Assembly: GCF_006345805.1 (NCBI RefSeq)
Contig: NW_021834420.1
Span: forward strand, 1-48,536
From: Octopus sinensis
Lineage: Eukaryota
Reading direction: 5' to 3'
DNA length: 48,536 nt
Shown here: one piece after another, positions 45,296 through 48,536 of the stretch
Position numbering within the stretch: position 1 is the first letter of the stretch
How the letters are laid out: each line of letters starts with the position of its first letter
Program-made: the position numbers and the translations under genes
Notes under the pieces: generated by a model
Database searches by the model: none
Told to the model about the DNA's origin: nothing
What the model saw: the letters and a program-made list of their open reading frames with translations, nothing else

Positions 45296-45641
45296 TACTC
45301 TTTTAGCACCGGCTTTAGTCGAGCAACTCGACCCCGAAACTTATTCTTTGGAAGCCTAGTACGTATTCTATCGGTCTCGTTTTGCCGAACCGCTAAGTTA
45401 CGGGGACGTAAACACACCAGCATCGGTTGTTGGAGGGACAAACACTGACACACAAACATATACACACGCAAACATATATATATATATATACATATATACG
45501 ACGGGCTTCTTTCAGTTTCCGTCTACCAAATTCACTCACAAGGCTTTGGTCGGCCCGAGGCTATAGTAGAAGACACTTGTCCAAGGTGCCACGCAGTGGG
45601 ACTGAACCCAGAACCATGTGGTTGGTAAGCAAGCTACTTAC
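45296..45641 (-). mobile_element. SINE family B with deletions near the 3' end
   Basis: The tail tactctttta joins directly to gcaccggctttagtcgagc; the rest is collinear with 42745-43165. Confidence 0.9.
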
Positions 45642-46045
45642 ATAGTTAAAGCAACATAAACTATTTTTAAGCTTCGCTATTAAATAACTTATAATACGTT
45701 TCCTAATATTCAAATAATCCTAACAGCTTTTATTTAATATACTGGTAGAAAGTAATAAACCAGTATAATTGCTTGTATTTTCTTAAATTATTTTTGTTTC
45801 AAACACAAATTACAATGACGATGCCAATTCGCTGCTTTCGTTATTTAATAAAGACACAACATTGAAAAATATCGGCGTCTACAATAACTGGTTTGTTTTC
45901 CAGTGTTTGTAATTATTGCAAATCTCAACTATTTTTAATCAAAAAAATTTTAGTTTATGCTAACATCGCTCGCTATGCACTGCTAATTTCAGTTAATCCC
46001 CATATTTACACACACACTTATATGTGTGAATGTGTATGCGTGTAC

Positions 46046-46080
<35 letters not shown>

Positions 46081-46144
46081 AGTGCGTGCATTTGGGTACA
46101 AGCAATGCTATTTAGTCAAATGATACGCTTTACAACTAGGTTTT

Positions 46145-46252
46145 TGGTCCAGTTCCACTGTGTGGAACTTGGGGTCAAGTGTTTCCTACTATAGCTCGGA
46201 GCCGAGCAATGCCTTGTAAGTGGATTTGGGGGAAGCTCTGTGGAAACCAGCC
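46145..46252 (+). mobile_element. Degenerate SINE family B 5' fragment
   Basis: ccagttccactgtgtggaacttggggtcaagtgtttcctactatagc...gccttgtaagtggatttgg. Confidence 0.7.
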
Positions 46253-46268
46253 ATATATATATATACAT

Positions 46269-46308
<40 letters not shown>

Positions 46309-46397
46309 CAACTTATAAACAAGGGCAAAAGAAAGAAATTCTAATTTTTCTTTTGGCCTTTTTTCTTTTTTTTTCTTTTGCCTTTGTTTATAAGTTG
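46309..46397. repeat. 26-bp inverted repeat (1 mismatch, 37-nt spacer) next to (TA)n
   Basis: caacttataaacaagggcaaaagaaa / tttcttttgcctttgtttataagttg. Confidence 0.88.
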
Positions 46398-46500
46398 TCT
46401 ATAAATTTAACCTTTAAAGGTATTTTTTAATATGCTGGCCTCGAAAAATTTTACCCTATATTAGATGTATATATACCATCCAAGAATATACTGTTTATAT

Positions 46501-47428
46501 TCTATTCTATTCGAATCAACCTTCTTCACTGCAGATCTCCAATGCAAACCTTCGATTCAACCTTCTCCAATGCAGATCTTCGATGCAACCTTCACTAATG
46601 CATATTTTCGATGCAGCCTTGACTAATAGTATCCCTAGGAGGGGTTAGGACTAGATCGCTGCCTTTTAGAGGCTCCCGGGCCCCTTGTCGCTAGGTTAGC
46701 TTAGGCTTAGGTTAAGGCTTAGTTGTGATCCGAACATAATCTCTTCTGACACAGAGGATCGGGAGCCCTTTTGGGCATTCTATTTTCCTTGTCGGATGGG
46801 CTCCCATCCCATGGTCCGAGAGAGGTTTAGATGATGAGGGTAGGGTTCCAAAGGGCCGGCATGTGCAACCTGATCACTCACCTATGCCGGTCAAACTCCC
46901 ACCCCATGCGTTCCCATCGTGACAATGATTCTGCAGAACTGGGTTGGGTATGAAAACCAACTTTAAAGTATAAATATAGATGCTTTAGAATCAGCAATGT
47001 TGTGTTCGGTTAAGTCCTATTTGGGATGAAAAACCAATAAACTGATTCCTTATGGGGTTTTCCATTCAATCAGAATGAAAATCAATAAACCAATTCCTTA
47101 TAGAATTTCCCACTAAAATTGGCTACACCCTGTGTTCAACCATAACTTTGATGCCGGCGTTCTTTAGGACTCATGGGATCTTTGAATGCTGTAAATCCCC
47201 CCCCCCCAAAAAAAAAACACAATCGATAAGTGAAAATTTTGATAAAACAATCCCTTATGGATTTCCCAATCAAATTGTCTGCAATCTATTTTCAGCCAAA
47301 CGTTTACCAATTTCCACAGATTTCGCTCAAATTTGACGTCGGTGTTACTTAGTTTGGTTTGAAACAAAGCGCTTGATTAGCTTAACAATCCTAACTTAAT
47401 CCCGGGCAGCGCCGGGTTATACTGCTAG
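46501..47428 (+). mobile_element. Helitron-like element H4; 3' end clear, 5' boundary tentative
   Basis: The 3' end cccgggcagcgccgggttatactgCTAG|T at 47401-47429 matches H1-H3 termini. The upstream block is relatively GC-rich with internal repeats; the start coordinate is a guess. Confidence 0.5.
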
Positions 47429-47689
47429 TATTTTCTAATTGTTACTTACAAGAAATGTTATTTATATAAAGCTCTTTATACATACTAAGATCAGGAGGGT
47501 AGAGCTATTTGAGAGAGCGAGAGAGCGAGAGCGAGAGAGAGAGACAGAGAGAGAGGACGATCGTACTGCATTGCCTCTGGATATCCTTGTTGTTTATTTT
47601 GATTTACAATCACCTTATTTTAAATTATATGGATAATGGCATACTAAATTCTGGTGCCTTCAACTTGCGTACAATATTCATCTGAATCT

Positions 47690-47817
47690 ATATATATATG
47701 CATGTATGTATGTATGTATATATATATATAATAATATACATACACATATATATATGTATATATCTAAGATGTACATATCTATATCTCTATCTATCTATCT
47801 ATCTTATCTATCTATTA

Positions 47818-47877
<60 letters not shown>

Positions 47878-48008
47878 CTTTCTAATAAATATTATTATAT
47901 ATATATATATATATTATATTTATAATATATACCATATATATATATATATATATCTATAACTATACATATATACATATATTATATATATTATATTATATAT
48001 AATATATT

Positions 48009-48051
<43 letters not shown>

Positions 48052-48055
48052 GGAA
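47690..48055. repeat. Compound (TA)/(ATCT) microsatellite
   Basis: Direct reading. Confidence 0.94.
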
Positions 48056-48536
48056 ATTGATGCGCGGCGTTCAGTCATATAATAATATAAATAATATATA
48101 TGCATAATACATATATGTACATACTTAAATATATATGTATATACATATGCATATTTAGGTACAGGTCGTCATAAAACGTAAACAACATAAGATATGAGAA
48201 CAACATGAAATGCGAAAACATGGAATACGAACATTTTTGCGAATAACGAAAGAAACAAATGGAAAACAAGAGAAGTAACATAAAGAACGACTCTTCATCA
48301 GTTGTTGGCTGTTTTATCTACTTCACATTTCGACCAATTACGACAAGATGTGTCTTCGAGAAACAGTTGTTCGTGCAAAGCAAAATAAAATTTGGGATTT
48401 GCGGAGGGTCAAAGTTGGTAACAAAAGCAGTAAGGACTGCTAAGCAATAACAAGGTGAGGTGGCGAACGCTGCAGGAACAAGCTTTGACAGAAGAAAAGA
48501 TAGGAGAGGAGACAGACAAGAATGCGTGTGATCTGT

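Noticed and set aside
48060-48536. Possible Penelope-like element fragment at the window end
   Set aside because: The impression rests on recall only; there is no second copy, ORF motif or valid ribozyme fold within the window, so it was not annotated.

Overview
This is repeat-dominated animal genomic DNA, most likely from a coleoid cephalopod (Octopus-like). That call rests on the recalled tRNA-derived SINE repertoire, the TTAGGG motifs and the extreme microsatellite density; no search was run. No complete protein-coding gene can be supported. Almost all ORFs in the supplied track are translations of (TA)n, (CA)n, (CATA)n or (ATT)n tracts, or of SINEs. Recognisable coding remnants all come from transposons: an internally deleted mariner (18.5-19.4 kb), a DD37D/maT-type Tc1/mariner 3' fragment (30.7-31.2 kb) and two R4/Dong-like RLE-LINE remnants (25.8-26.5 and 33.0-33.8 kb). 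The window also holds more than 25 SINE copies in four families (A-D, my working labels) and eight non-autonomous Helitron-like copies in four families that share one 3' terminus. There are three copies of a GG-ended TIR MITE carrying telomeric repeats, and one hAT-like MITE. I found no complete novel system. The strongest leads are: (1) Helitron-like elements in close tail-to-tail pairs, one with a perfect 17-bp terminal palindrome whose loop is flipped; (2) a telomere-repeat MITE with an apparently invertible interior and one copy flanked by a 28-bp duplication; (3) a SINE head joined to three different tails; (4) a degenerate minimal hammerhead ribozyme; (5) a candidate recursive-splicing site on the minus strand; (6) a candidate GPI-signal-like terminal exon; and (7) many short-range inverted pairs that could form dsRNA/ADAR substrates. 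All coordinates were read by eye and may be off by a few bases at degenerate ends.
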